Shown piece after piece: positions 12,849 through 24,444 of a DNA stretch of 64,000 bases. Location: positions 1,984,001 to 2,048,000 of the forward strand of contig CP089274.1 of NCBI GenBank assembly GCA_023920165.1, given 5' to 3'. Positions within the stretch are counted from its first letter, which is position 1. Each line of letters starts with the position of its first letter. This stretch comes from Curvularia clavata (Eukaryota). A program made the translations under genes and the position numbers. Under the pieces are notes generated by a model. It had not been told where the DNA came from. It saw only the letters and a list, made by a program, of their open reading frames with translations, and searched no databases.

Positions 12849-15320
12849 ATGCGCCGCCCGCCCGTTGCCTGCCGCCGAGCAGTGCAGTCGCTCCAATTGC
12901 CCGCTGCCCACCACATATGGATCTCGGACGACCTCCTTGCTCTCGCCCTCAATAGATTTTTCCCCAGCTCATGTCCACACCAGAGACGCCATGGCAGCCA
13001 CATCCCGGGGCCATTGGAGGCCAGGAGGAGGGCAGCCAAGCGTCGGATGACTGTCTCAGCCGGCTTTCACCCCCAGGACAGTCTCCAGTCCCTCCTCAAT
13101 TGGAACACCTTGTTCGGTTTCCGCAGAGACTCGCAGCCCGCTTGGAGATACGAAGCACCATCCTTGCAGCCTAGTGCCCGGCCACCCGATCTTTGTACGT
13201 TTGCACAAACCTACATGTCCTCTGCTTTGCTGACAATAGTAGCAAATCAACAGCCTGAAAACCTGTCGGTATTGCTATCCAATCGTGCGCAAGACGAGTA
13301 CGCAACTACTACTGCGGAGACCCCAATTCCCCCTCCGACGGTTTCTTTGCAAGATTTATACCCAATTGCATCACAAGGAAATGGGCCACAGGGGAAGACA
13401 CATGCAAAGGTGGACAGAGCAGGTCCCGCATCGGCTTCTGTTGTCACTACAAGCGGAAACTTAAGGGACACCAGTGTGCTCGTTCAGGCCTGCTTTGACA
13501 ACTTCAGATCCAAGATTGTGGGTATGGGAGATCTATCTCCGGCTGAGCGAAACAGAATCCTTGTTGAGGCCTGGAGATCCTGTTGTCCAACCCGTTCCGA
13601 TGCATGGGTATACAACACCATGGTACTCGAACACTTGGGGAACCTCGGCTGCGATCCTTCCAACATTCTTTGCGAGCAAGAGTGTTTCACTCTCCCTCCC
13701 TTGTACACGCCGGAAAGTCAAAGTCTTATCAGCTGTTTGGAGAAATGCTCAAAACGCTTTGTGCACGCTGCCAAAGTCTATCATCGCATGTTCATGAAGC
13801 TAGCCGAGTCGGCCGAGTCTGCAGAAGCCTCGAAGAACTTGTTGCAAGATGCCGAGCTTCTTTGTATCGTTCGTCTAGCACTTCAAGGTGCTGATTCATT
13901 AAGTACTGAGGCCAAGAACACTGTAGCGCAGTCTCTGGCAGTAGTCGCAGACAAGATTCACAACTCCCATGTTCGGAGCTCGTTGCGCTCAATCTTGGTG
14001 GGCACAACGAATGTGGAGCAAGCTACGATTCTGTTGCTTGCACGTACTGCTGTGGACTACGATCCTTGCGCCACGGTAGAGCAAGTTCTTTCAGGCCTCC
14101 CGCAAAAGCACCTTCAATCACTCATCTCACCAATTACGCTTTCTCTGGCTACAGCCTTCGCGCGGAATAATCGACCTAGTGAGCACCATGGACACCGACT
14201 CAGCACCTGGCTCACGGTACTTGAAAGCCTTGATGGAAGGTCAGCACATCATAAGACTGGCACAGCGTATTTCGATGTTGCTATTGCGGCAATAATAAAG
14301 CGATTCTTCAGTAGCAGAGACCCCGGGATGTGGAGCCATGTTTTGCTCCATCCACTGGCATTTCGACTGACGCAGCAAGAGGCGTACGCAGCCTACAGGG
14401 ACAGAGTGCTGCAGCTCATACATGCCTTTCCTGCACTCGCACACATGCAAAAGGAACCTTTGGGCTTTGAGACAATCTTGGCACTTGTCTTCTCGCAAAT
14501 GAAGAGAGAGGCTCTTCCCTACGCATCATTAATCGACATGACTGTGAAAGTCTTTGCTCGCCATGCCGACCTGTTCTCCATATATCGCGTCCTGTTCGCG
14601 CTGAACCAGCAAGGACTGGCTTTGCAGAGCATCTCACGTGTACACGCTCGAGTTAGAAAGGAAATAGCCTCGCTCCCAGACCGACCCGAGTCTCTGAGCC
14701 AACGAGAACGCCAACACTATGCCTTTCACTTGCGCACCTCCCAAGGTATAGTCGACCTCCTCGCCAAGCTCACCTCTCCCTCCATCGCGGGCTCTCTCTC
14801 CGACACCCGAAAGCAGCTCTCCACGCTGCAAGCCCGACGCGAATTCGCCGAAATCCTCGACCGCGCCCGTGAAAACCGTGCTTTACCACAGATGTACGCA
14901 AACACTTCTGTCGACATCAGCGCTTCGGACCGCACTATCCTCATCCATCAGCTCGCCCACCTGTACTCACTTAGCGCCACACGCTCCCACCGTGAGACAT
15001 GGCGCTCCATCTACTACCTCTCTCACTATCTGCAGTCCTACTCGTTGCCCGTCGGCCCCTTATTCACAAAAGCCGTTGTGCGCGCAGCCATTATCCGCCC
15101 CATGATGGAGCATCGATTCATCAGCGCGAGGAGATTGATATGGGTCTGTCAGCTCGTGGCAAAAGCCGAAGGCGAGGACGTGGCTAAGCAGATTGAGAGC
15201 AACTACTGGCGCTGGAGAGGCCAACTGATTCGGCAGGCCAAGCGTGCACATGACGATGCTGGAGGCGATTACAGAAATAAGGCTTTGATAAGTAGGATGA
15301 AGGGTCTGGGGTTGGTATGA
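12849..15320 (+). CDS. Uncharacterised ~810-aa fungal protein, probably largely alpha-helical, with an Arg-rich N-terminus; probable in-frame intron 13195-13242 (or -13239)
   Basis: Long open frame. First ATG at 12849 (MRRPPVACRRAVQ...). Motif-like IWISDDLL and PGPLEARRRAAKRRM at the N-terminus and a Leu/aromatic helical C-terminal block. GTACGT...GCTGAC...TAGTAG intron signals. Confidence 0.75.
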   Translation: MRRPPVACRRAVQSLQLPAAHHIWISDDLLALALNRFFPSSCPHQRRHGSHIPGPLEARRRAAKRRMTVSAGFHPQDSLQSLLNWNTLFGFRRDSQPAWRYEAPSLQPSARPPDLCTFAQTYMSSALLTIVANQQPENLSVLLSNRAQDEYATTTAETPIPPPTVSLQDLYPIASQGNGPQGKTHAKVDRAGPASASVVTTSGNLRDTSVLVQACFDNFRSKIVGMGDLSPAERNRILVEAWRSCCPTRSDAWVYNTMVLEHLGNLGCDPSNILCEQECFTLPPLYTPESQSLISCLEKCSKRFVHAAKVYHRMFMKLAESAESAEASKNLLQDAELLCIVRLALQGADSLSTEAKNTVAQSLAVVADKIHNSHVRSSLRSILVGTTNVEQATILLLARTAVDYDPCATVEQVLSGLPQKHLQSLISPITLSLATAFARNNRPSEHHGHRLSTWLTVLESLDGRSAHHKTGTAYFDVAIAAIIKRFFSSRDPGMWSHVLLHPLAFRLTQQEAYAAYRDRVLQLIHAFPALAHMQKEPLGFETILALVFSQMKREALPYASLIDMTVKVFARHADLFSIYRVLFALNQQGLALQSISRVHARVRKEIASLPDRPESLSQRERQHYAFHLRTSQGIVDLLAKLTSPSIAGSLSDTRKQLSTLQARREFAEILDRARENRALPQMYANTSVDISASDRTILIHQLAHLYSLSATRSHRETWRSIYYLSHYLQSYSLPVGPLFTKAVVRAAIIRPMMEHRFISARRLIWVCQLVAKAEGEDVAKQIESNYWRWRGQLIRQAKRAHDDAGGDYRNKALISRMKGLGLV

Positions 15321-15497
15321 GAGGAAAGGAAGGAAAGGTAGATACCCAAATATAGGACGATTGCATGTAAGAAGGAGAATAGTATTAGATAACTACAACG
15401 CTTGATACACTCCATCGGTCCGCCAGTGTCGTTGCTCTCGAGCATACGCTATCATTCACACATATTTGGCAAACAACAATAAACACCACACTACACC

Positions 15498-18400
15498 CTA
15501 ATACCTCTCAATCAGGAACCTTCTCCGCTCCTCCTCGCCCATCTCCCTCAACATCTCCCTCTCACTCTCCTTCATCGCCAAATAATCCCTCACCAGCTCC
15601 GGCGCCAACACCTCATTCAGCGCCGCATCCCTCCTCAACGCCTCCATTGCCTCACCCAAACTCCTCGGCAGCATCTGCGTAATCCCCAGTTCAGCGCGCG
15701 CGTGCTCGTCTAGTCTCGCTGGGTTAACACCGACATCTTGTTCTGAGTAGGCAGTGGGTGCTTCGTTGGCAGAGAGACCGAGGATACCAGAGGCAAGGAG
15801 GGCGGAGAGCGCAAAGTACATGTTTGCGGTGCCATCTAGAGTGCGAATTTCCCAGTGACCGGGGGAAATGCGGCGGAGGGGGGTTTCGCGGTTTTGGGTG
15901 CCCCAGGAGACCTGTGTATGTCAATATTGTTAGCATTGTTACCATCATAAAACAAAACATCTCTTTTGGTTCCCCTTCTCTTTGCATGGAAAGGTGGGAA
16001 TTATACGACTTGGATGGATGACGCAAGAAAGATCAGTGCCACGAGTAACATACCCAAGTTCCAGAGGTCCAAGAATCATCCTTGACCCTTTCGTAACTAA
16101 TCTCCTGCGGCATGCTGAATGCACAAATAGCAGGCAAGTGCTTCAATATGCCTCCCACGAAGAATTGCATGTCACGATCCGGTGGATGCAAACTAATGTG
16201 CGCATGCGCTGCCGTGCCGATACCTTTGAATGGCTGCGGATGCAGCGTCGCTCGCAAGTCGTGGAGACACGCTATCTGTGCAATGGTCTGCCGTGCTTGT
16301 ATCAATGTGTCGATGGCTAGAAGTGGTGGCTGCGGCGGCAGAATAAACTCGTACTGGCCCTGGCCGGATTCAGAGTGGAATTGCTGGAGTTCTATACCCA
16401 TGTCTTCCAGGGCTAGCACAATCTCACTCAAGAAGGGTAGCTGGACCCACTGCTCAGGTGTCATAGTTCCCCATGCATGTGTCTTTGTCAGAGGCGAGTA
16501 GAAATCCGTTTGGGCGACTTTAGAAGAGGATGACGGTGGATTCCGAGTGACGAACGTGACTTCAATCTCAAAGCCTATGAGAAGAGTGGTCGCATAGTTG
16601 TACTGTAGGTCGTTGATGAGTATCTCCAAATTATTGCGGGGGTCCTCGAGCAGAGGGGAGCCGTTCTCTGATCGCCAGTAACTGAGCACTGTGGCGGCTG
16701 GAAGGGGGTCTTTGTTGTGCGTTCGCCGGAGAGAACGCAGGTCAGGCTCAACATAAATCTGTCCTGTAGTATTCACGACCGGTGTTGAATGGTCGTTTTG
16801 TAGAGTACCGGTGTTACCCTGCGCGATGCCTATGCGCTCCCCTTCGTTTATCATGCGTGTGAATTCTTTAATGGGAACAATGCGAGTTCGCACTGTGGCC
16901 ATGTAGTCCAGCCATTGCACATAGACAAACTTGATCTTCGGGTTCTCTTGTCGGAAATTTTCAAGCACCTCAACATCGTATACGCGCGGTACTTTGGGTG
17001 GCGGCGGGAAAGCTGGTGGCGGTGCGTAAGGCGAGACTGATCGGCTGACGTGCTCAGAAGCTGCAGCCTGGTCAAACGCAGAGGTGTTGGGTCCTGGTGT
17101 TGCGGTGGGTGATCGATATGGCGAAGCTGCCGTATTGGATTTGGGATTGTACGTTAGTTGTTTTGGTGGTGCTTGTACAGTTTCGTCAAAGACTGCCTCG
17201 TAGCGCAGATCATAGAGAACATTGGAGTTGTTGAACAGGATATCTTTCGTCATACCAATGGCTTGGTGGGGAGTGAGATCGCCTCTCTGAATGTACTCGA
17301 GGAGTATCTAGCCTGATTAGTATTCCTTGGTAGTATAAAACAGTAAATAGGCGGTTTACCTCTAGCCAGACTTCACGAAACTGTAGATTGGCGAGCCAGA
17401 ACGTTTCTGGGAACCAATGACCGTCGCTAGAGTACAAGAGCTTGCTGCCAGGAACCAGCTCCAAGGCTTGACGGAGGACTGCCGTTTGACCATCTCTGCT
17501 GACCATGGGGAAGACTTCACCAATGTCTAGATAGACATGTCGGTATACAGTTGCAAGGTAGCCCGCTTCGCGTGTGTATGGATACGCCGAGTGGAGAATT
17601 ACAAAGGGTACTTGGGGATAATTCTCTATCAGTGGCTGAAGAAGGGCTGGATTCGACTCTAGCAAGTTGATGTCGTTGTCACCTAGGCCGGTGTGCAACT
17701 GGAATGGCTTTGCAAGAGAATCGGGATGCGGTAACCGCTCAGAAAGAATCTCAAGCGTTCGTAGCACTAAGTAGTCGTTCAGATGCTTCTTTTCAATGCG
17801 GTAGTTACGCTTGCGAATACACGATTTGACGTAGCGCTCGAACGGGTGGCCCACTGCCTTTGCGGCTTCGTCATAGTCGGGCTCGATATCCAAGCCCGTC
17901 CGGTAACAGATGACAGACTTGAAACCAGCAACGTTTTCGTCCTCTACGGCGTCTTGAATTGCGCGCTCAAAGTCGTCGGTGAAGTCGGTCCAGATTTTCG
18001 GCAAGAATTTTGATTTCATTAGGTCATCCTCAGATGCATCTCGAACAAGTAGTTCCATCAGCCGTTCAGCAACAGTCTCGATCCGCACAATTCGTTTGGT
18101 TGGCGCCTTGGTGTAGCGGTCGTGGTAGCTGTAGGGAAAGACTTTGTCTGGTAAAGCGAGGCCATCGTCGATGAGTAATGCGTGTACATTTTCAAAGCAT
18201 CGCTGATGCAAGCGGTCGGAGTTGCTTCGAAGCCATTCCACCCTCTGCTCCAGGATCTCTTCCCAGTCTGCGTCTTCTCCACACTCGTACAGCAGACGCA
18301 GTTGTTTGGCTGCTCGTAAATGAGAAAGCGACTTGAACGTGTCTCTCAAAGCCCTTCCTTGGGCTTCTGTGGTGATGGTTTCGAAGGGTATCGTATCTAT

Positions 18401-18511
18401 ATGTGAAGGTAGGATAAGATTGTGCGCGTGGTTGTCGATTATGGGGTAATTATTGACGACATGCCTCAGGTGATCGACTGTAGGTCGAGCTGAGGATGCA
18501 GGTTGACTCAT
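15498..18511 (-). CDS. fluG: FluG: amidohydrolase domain fused to a glutamine synthetase-like domain; introns 17308-17359 and 15912-16053
   Basis: IIDNHAH, FKSVICYRTGL, QLHTGLGD, LLYSSDGH (amidohydrolase); GFEIE, HSESGQGQYE, GTAAHAHISL, WGTQNRETP and a C-terminal ...IERY (GS-like). Splice sites restore the frame. Confidence 0.92.
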
Positions 18512-19374
18512 GATGGTACTTGGTAGCTAGGTACAATGTAGTTTCCTAGCGCGCCGATATGTCTCTATCCGACTCGTACATCCAGCGCTCTAAAAGCTCG
18601 AAATCCGTCCGCCCGAAGACTTCTATGTTGTCGGCTATGGTGATCACAAGGAAGTTAGGATTTGTGCGTAGGCATGATCCAAGTCAGGTGCGTTGCTTGG
18701 GAGGTCGTTTTCCAAGGCCAGTCAGATGACGTCAATGTCCGTGGAAGGCTGTGGGTGTGTGGTGTGCAGACTCAACTGCGCAGTGGACCAGTGTCCACGG
18801 AATATCCTTGAGAAAAACGAATGGAGATTTTGTTAGCAAGACAGGACCTAGGGCAAACCGGGAGGGCGTTGTCGGTCCAATAAAGGTTGGTGAAGAAGTG
18901 GGGTGGTGGTTCGATGCTCGTGGATGCAGCTGCCCCTCCACGATCGCATGCCATAAGCATCAGTGTACACGACTAGGTTACAGACGTTCAAAGTCAACGA
19001 CGGGAAACACAACACCGTACCTCTTGAGTCTGCATGTTCCCACATATTGTACAAGTTATGTGGATGCTAGTTAGAATAACAAATCAACCACGTAGAGAAA
19101 TGAAGCAAAGTAGGCCAGATTGTAATACGTCTATACTTGCGTTGCATATCTACACCTGAATTATAGATACAGATATCGGGTATTACAATTTCTTTCGGGA
19201 AAAAAACACATTGCTTAACCGACCCATGCAATGAGGTGTCGGGTTCGGAGAAAAAACGAGCGATACAAATGGGAATAAGCGCAAACCCACGCAAACTATG
19301 CAGAGACGAAAAACGGCAAAGTCAATCCACTAAAACCCTTCTACACAGCCTGGACATGACACTGGATCTGTCAT

Positions 19375-21197
19375 TTACAACAAGATCATAGCCATACCAG
19401 AGGCAACGGCACCGACAAGGTAAAGGCCAAGGCCAAAGACGCTGTCGGCGGAGTAGAGAGCAGAAGCGGCGCTAGAGGAGCCAGATCCGGAGCCCTTGGT
19501 GCTGTTGCTGCTGCTGCCAGAGTTGCTACTGGCAGCGCCACCAGCGACAGAGCCGGTGCCATCAGTGCCAGCCTCCTTGAGAAGGGAAGCACAACCGGAG
19601 GCAGTAGGGCTGGGGTTGGCAGACTGGGTGGTGGCCTTGCCCTTGAAGTCGCAGCCGCCGCTGTTCTTCTTGGCGTAGGCGTTGAGAGCGAAAGAGAGCT
19701 GTTCCTTGCTGGAGCACATACCGTAGACACCGTAGGGGCCGGCGGTGGCGTTCTTGTTGATACCAGCGCAGTATTCACCGTTCTTGCGACCACAGATGTA
19801 GCCGAAGATGTCACCGTAGTCCTCCTCGTCGGTCTTGTCAGCGACGACGCATGAAAGGGTTTCCATCATGCAGGAGCAGAGGTTGGCGTTGGCTGGAGGG
19901 GGAAGAGGGTCAGACTCGGCTTCCCACTTTCCGGCAGTAACCTTGGGGCAAGAGGCAGCGGCGGTGTTGGTAGGGTTGTAGTCAGCCATCTTGACGCCAA
20001 CGGGAGTAGCCTTGGCGATCTGAGAAGACAGGTTGTCAAAGTCGTCGTTGGGCTCAGCCTTGCCGTTGTTGATGGAAACAAGACCTTCAGATTGTTAGCA
20101 GAGTCTCGGGTGTTTGGGGGCAAAAGAAGACTTACCGAACTTGTTCTCCTCCTCGAAGTACATGTAGACAATACCGCCAGACCAGACACCAGTCATCTGC
20201 TTGCCGTAGAGGGCACCAACCTCGGTGAACTTGCGGGGGCGAGGGGTGTTGCAACCATATTCGGCAAAGAAGACGGGGACGTTGTACTTCTCAAAGTTCT
20301 TGGTTTGGACGTCGAAGCCGGACTTGGTGAAGGACGAGTCACCGCACCACGAGTAGATGTTGTAACCCCAGAAGTCGATGGCGCTGTCGGCGTCACCACA
20401 GTCGAAGTAGTTTGCCATGTTCTCACGAATCTCGGCATCGTCGTTGGTGGCGTATCCGACACCAATCTCACGGTAGTTCTTGCTCTTGATGTAGGCCTTG
20501 GTGTCACGGACAGCGGCCTTGACGAAGGCACTGGCAATGGTGTTGTTGCCCTGGTTGCTGACCTCGTTACCAGCGAAGAAACCTAGAGTGTTGTCGTATT
20601 TCATCATCTCGTCCACGACGCTGGTGTAGCGGTTGTAGAGATCGACAGTCCAGCCGGGGTCGTCACGGTTGATGGAAAGTCCAGGCTCCGACAAGTCGGC
20701 AACAACATAGATGCCGGCGTCTGCGAGCTGGGTCATGCAGTCCTTGTGGTCCTTCTTGGGGTCAATAGCATAGACACGGATGGTGTTGGTGTTGAGCTTC
20801 TTGAGCATAGCGATATCGCGCTTGCATGCATCAGAGTCGGCGAGGGGATCGGTAATCTGAAGGTCATCAGGCTTGGTGGCCGTGGTGTTGGAGTTGACCT
20901 CCTCTGCAAATTGTGAGCTTCGTGTTCTGGCAGTGCATTCGGGGACGGCGTACGTTGGTAGGCAACACCCTTCATGAAACTGGGGAATTGTTAGCCAATC
21001 ACTATAAGCTTTCCCAAGAATGGTCCTTACAATTGTTCACCACTGTTCTTCATGAAGAACTTGGAACCCTATTGTGCCCCTTGTTAGCTACGGGTGTTGC
21101 GCGCCAGGCATAGGACATGGCGCACCTTGATGACGATAGGGTCAACGGCGGCCTGCACGCCTGCGAGCAGGGCCGTGGTAGCGATGAGTCCACGCAT
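19375..21197 (-). CDS. GAS1: GPI-anchored beta-1,3-glucanosyltransferase, GH72 + X8/CBM43 (Gas1/Gel family), 4 introns
   Basis: Signal peptide [42 protein letters not shown], catalytic FFAGNEV and [16 protein letters not shown], Cys-rich X8 box (LCSCM...GVYGMCS...CDFKG), Ser/Gly stalk and hydrophobic GPI signal. Confidence 0.95.
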
Positions 21198-22485
21198 ATT
21201 GATTACTGGGGGTTTAAGATGTTTTCCAAGAGGTCAAGAGGTGTAGTTGGGATTGGCAAGAGCTTGGGTTGGCTCGCCGAGAATCAGAGCAGGGCGCGTT
21301 TGGTGGGCGTTTGGCAAAGCACAGGATAGTTCAAGGAGTGTGGCGCAACAGCAAAAGGATGCTGTTTGCAGAAAAAGTAATTAAGGTGAGCACGTAAAGA
21401 CCGACTGGTAAAACAGAAAAGTGAGTGTAGAAACAGCTCTGAGGCACAACGAGTGAAGAAATCTAAGGCCGACCAAGCATCCCAAGAGGGATCCACCTGC
21501 GCTCAGCTGTACCCCTGATGCTAGTCCATTTTGGGCCTAGTGACACGCGCGCGGTTCGAGGCCTTGACGTCCTCATGTGTAGCAGGCAACACGACCACGG
21601 CGAGCGGCTGTCGGCATGTCGCGTGGCTGCCATGAGCTTCCAGAACAGACGTTGGCACCGACCAGAAGCATCCTTTGTCAAGAATTGCTTCACCCTATGC
21701 TGACGGCCGTGCCGGCTCATGGTGGTGGTGGTGGTGGTGGTTGATGTTTGAAGGGTGTGGATAAAGACATTGAGCCAACTGGTGCGACGCGTATGCACAA
21801 TTTCACAGCCCCCCACCGGGGATGGGATTCGCCTGCAGCCCCACCGCGCATCATGCTTCTAAATTGGGGTGTTCCGTTCGCAAATGCGCTGTGGGTGCAG
21901 CTTGTGATTGCTTGCACGCCATGCCAATACCACAAAGAGGCAGCAAAAAGGGCTCAATCAGGGTCGAGAGAGCAGTTTCGGGCAACGAACGCCAGTGGCG
22001 GCGCTGCCGTGGAGGAATGGGTATAGGTACGGCGCCGCCGTCTCGCGCGCATGTCTCGGTGAGGGGCCGGGGGCTGGATTCGTTGGACAGGCGGGTTTGT
22101 GTAGCTGAAACGTAGTTCTGTGGGTGGCGGAGTAAGATGGTTCGAGGCGGCCAATGGAGCAGGGCCGACGATACTTTTCCAACGCCGCTCTAGTCGGTGG
22201 CAACGAGCCAATATGCTCCTTGGGGTTCCTGTGAGGTGCTGCATTGGGGAAAAAAAATTTTATCAAAGGGATAAGTTGGCACTGGAGCGATGCTTCTCCT
22301 CATTTGTGTCGGAAGGGCCAGCCTGAAAGCAGCCATAGACGGTGTCGGGGGCCCAGCACACAAGGCGTGTGAAATGATATTATGTACGGCGAATGTTATG
22401 TACAAGGGCAGAGGCAGGCTAAAGGAGAGCTAGTTATCGATAGACTTGATGGTTCAGTAGTCTACAAGGAAAAACCGGATCTACA

Positions 22486-22787
22486 GAGGCTGCAGGTATG
22501 TAGGCGCAACCATGAGGGCGAGCACAGCCTCCCGGCCGGAGTGCCGGATTCTTGTTTTTGTAGGGCGGCGCTCATTTGTCAGTGTCCCAACCTCCCAACC
22601 GGCCAAAGTTGGAAACTGGGCAGTCTAGTATAGCCGACTGCAACTGGCTACTGGGGGCCTATGCCTGCTTGGGTAGCGCGCGGGCAGCGGTGTCGTCATG
22701 CAGCGAAACTTGACTCGGGGCCGATGCGGTGAGTAGTATGTATAGACTATGTAGAGTAGTTATGGATGGGTGCAGGGCAGCAGCCTC
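22486..22787. promoter_or_regulatory. Three candidate calcineurin/Crz1 response elements (GAGGCTG) in the GAS1-FKS1 divergent promoter
   Basis: GAGGCTG at 22486-22492; CAGCCTC (reverse complement) at 22525-22531 and 22781-22787. Confidence 0.4.
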
Positions 22788-24444
22788 GTTCCGGGTCGGC
22801 TGGCGCTGGTACATGCAGCAGCTAGCACTGGCACTGGCGGCAGGCGTGGGCAAGTCCAAGCAAAGGTCGCCGTGGCGGTGTCGGACGAGATAGTGGCAGC
22901 CGCACAGGGCGGTGGCAGCGGACAGCGGGTGGACGGAGCAGGCTCAACAGTACAGTGCTAGCCCCCTGGCCAACAGCGAGCAACCGTTGAGATGAGCTAC
23001 GCTGCGGGCCAGGGCAAGGGCGCGGCGGAAGCGCGCCACGTCGCGATTACAGCAGCAGCGATAAGAAGGCGGCGCTACCAAAGTTGCCGGTCGAGTAGAC
23101 GGCTCGCTAGGCGTAGTTTGATCAACGCGGGCCCTTGGTGCCGCGGCTGTGCTGCTGGTGCTGGTCCGGCCTTGGTCCAGTCCAATGCCGGCGGCCCACG
23201 GCTGGGAGCACTGTCATGACGTGACACCGGGTGGGTACCGTTGTGAAGGGCCAATGCAGGGAGAGCGTCTCTGCAATGCACCCAGAGCAGAGCAAAGAAG
23301 GGGGGTTGGGCAGAAAGACATTGGGTGGTGGCCAGGAGGGCGCCGGCCTCGTGCCTGTCTACCAGAGAGAGTGTATTCGACGAGCGAGCACAACATGGAA
23401 GGCATTGGGTGTGCCAGGCGGGACCCCCGGCAGAGAGCCAAAAGCCTGCTGGAGCTCAACGGGAGCGGCCATTATCGATATGCAGGCCGATCGGGGGATC
23501 GAAAAGACAAAAGCGTACTGGGCGTGTTCCCGGTTTGGTTTTTTTCCGCCAGGGCTGGCAGCAGCGAGGGCGGGCGAGGGCAGCAAACCTGTTGGATTGC
23601 CCATGCGGGCGAGTGCGAGGCTTTGTACTGGCGTGCCGGGGGCGTGTTATCGTCGTCGTCGTCGTCTCATGCCGTTTTTGGAGGGGCGACGCAATGGCCG
23701 GGACGTCAGGGCGGCGGGCGATGGGGGCACCCATGCGCAACCACTGTCTGACGGCGTTAGACTAGCTTGGCAGGCGTGCCTTTCATTTTCAGGGGAAGCT
23801 GCTAAAAAGCTCTTTGCTGCCCTTCGACACCCACCACTGTCGCTCTCTCAACCCCCTCCCCCCTCGTAATACACACCACGCCTGTCCCATTTTCACTGCA
23901 TTGCCTCTCGTTATCCTGCGTTGAGGTTGTGCAGCCGATCTGCGGACACTCTCGCCGCTTCCCTCGAGGGCTGCAACACACCCAACCCTAATTCCAAGAA
24001 TAAGCGCCTCGTTCGCCGCGCGTCTCTCCTGGCAACCACGACGCCCGCAGCTGCACCGCACCTCCAACTATCCACTCGCTAGCAGCACCCCAAACACCAC
24101 GGTCAACACCGCCGCGCCTCTGCTCCCCCTCGCGCCCAATCCGCCCGTTCCGAGCACCCGCTTAGCCACTTGACCCTTCGTACCTACCCAGTTGCCATCC
24201 ATCGCACGGCAACGCTACATTCGTTGACCCCTCCGCACCTCGCTGCAACAACAAGCTTCCTGTCTCGCGGCAGCCCACACCACGTCCAATTCGTCTCTGT
24301 CGCTTGTAATGCCCATTGTTTGAGGTACCATTGCCCCTCCGACGCCCGCTGTTTCACCCAGCCGGCCGCCGCGCCCTGGCCCGCCACTGCTTTTACTGAC
24401 AGCTCGCCGCGCAGATTCTACACATCCTCTAATAGCTTCCCACG

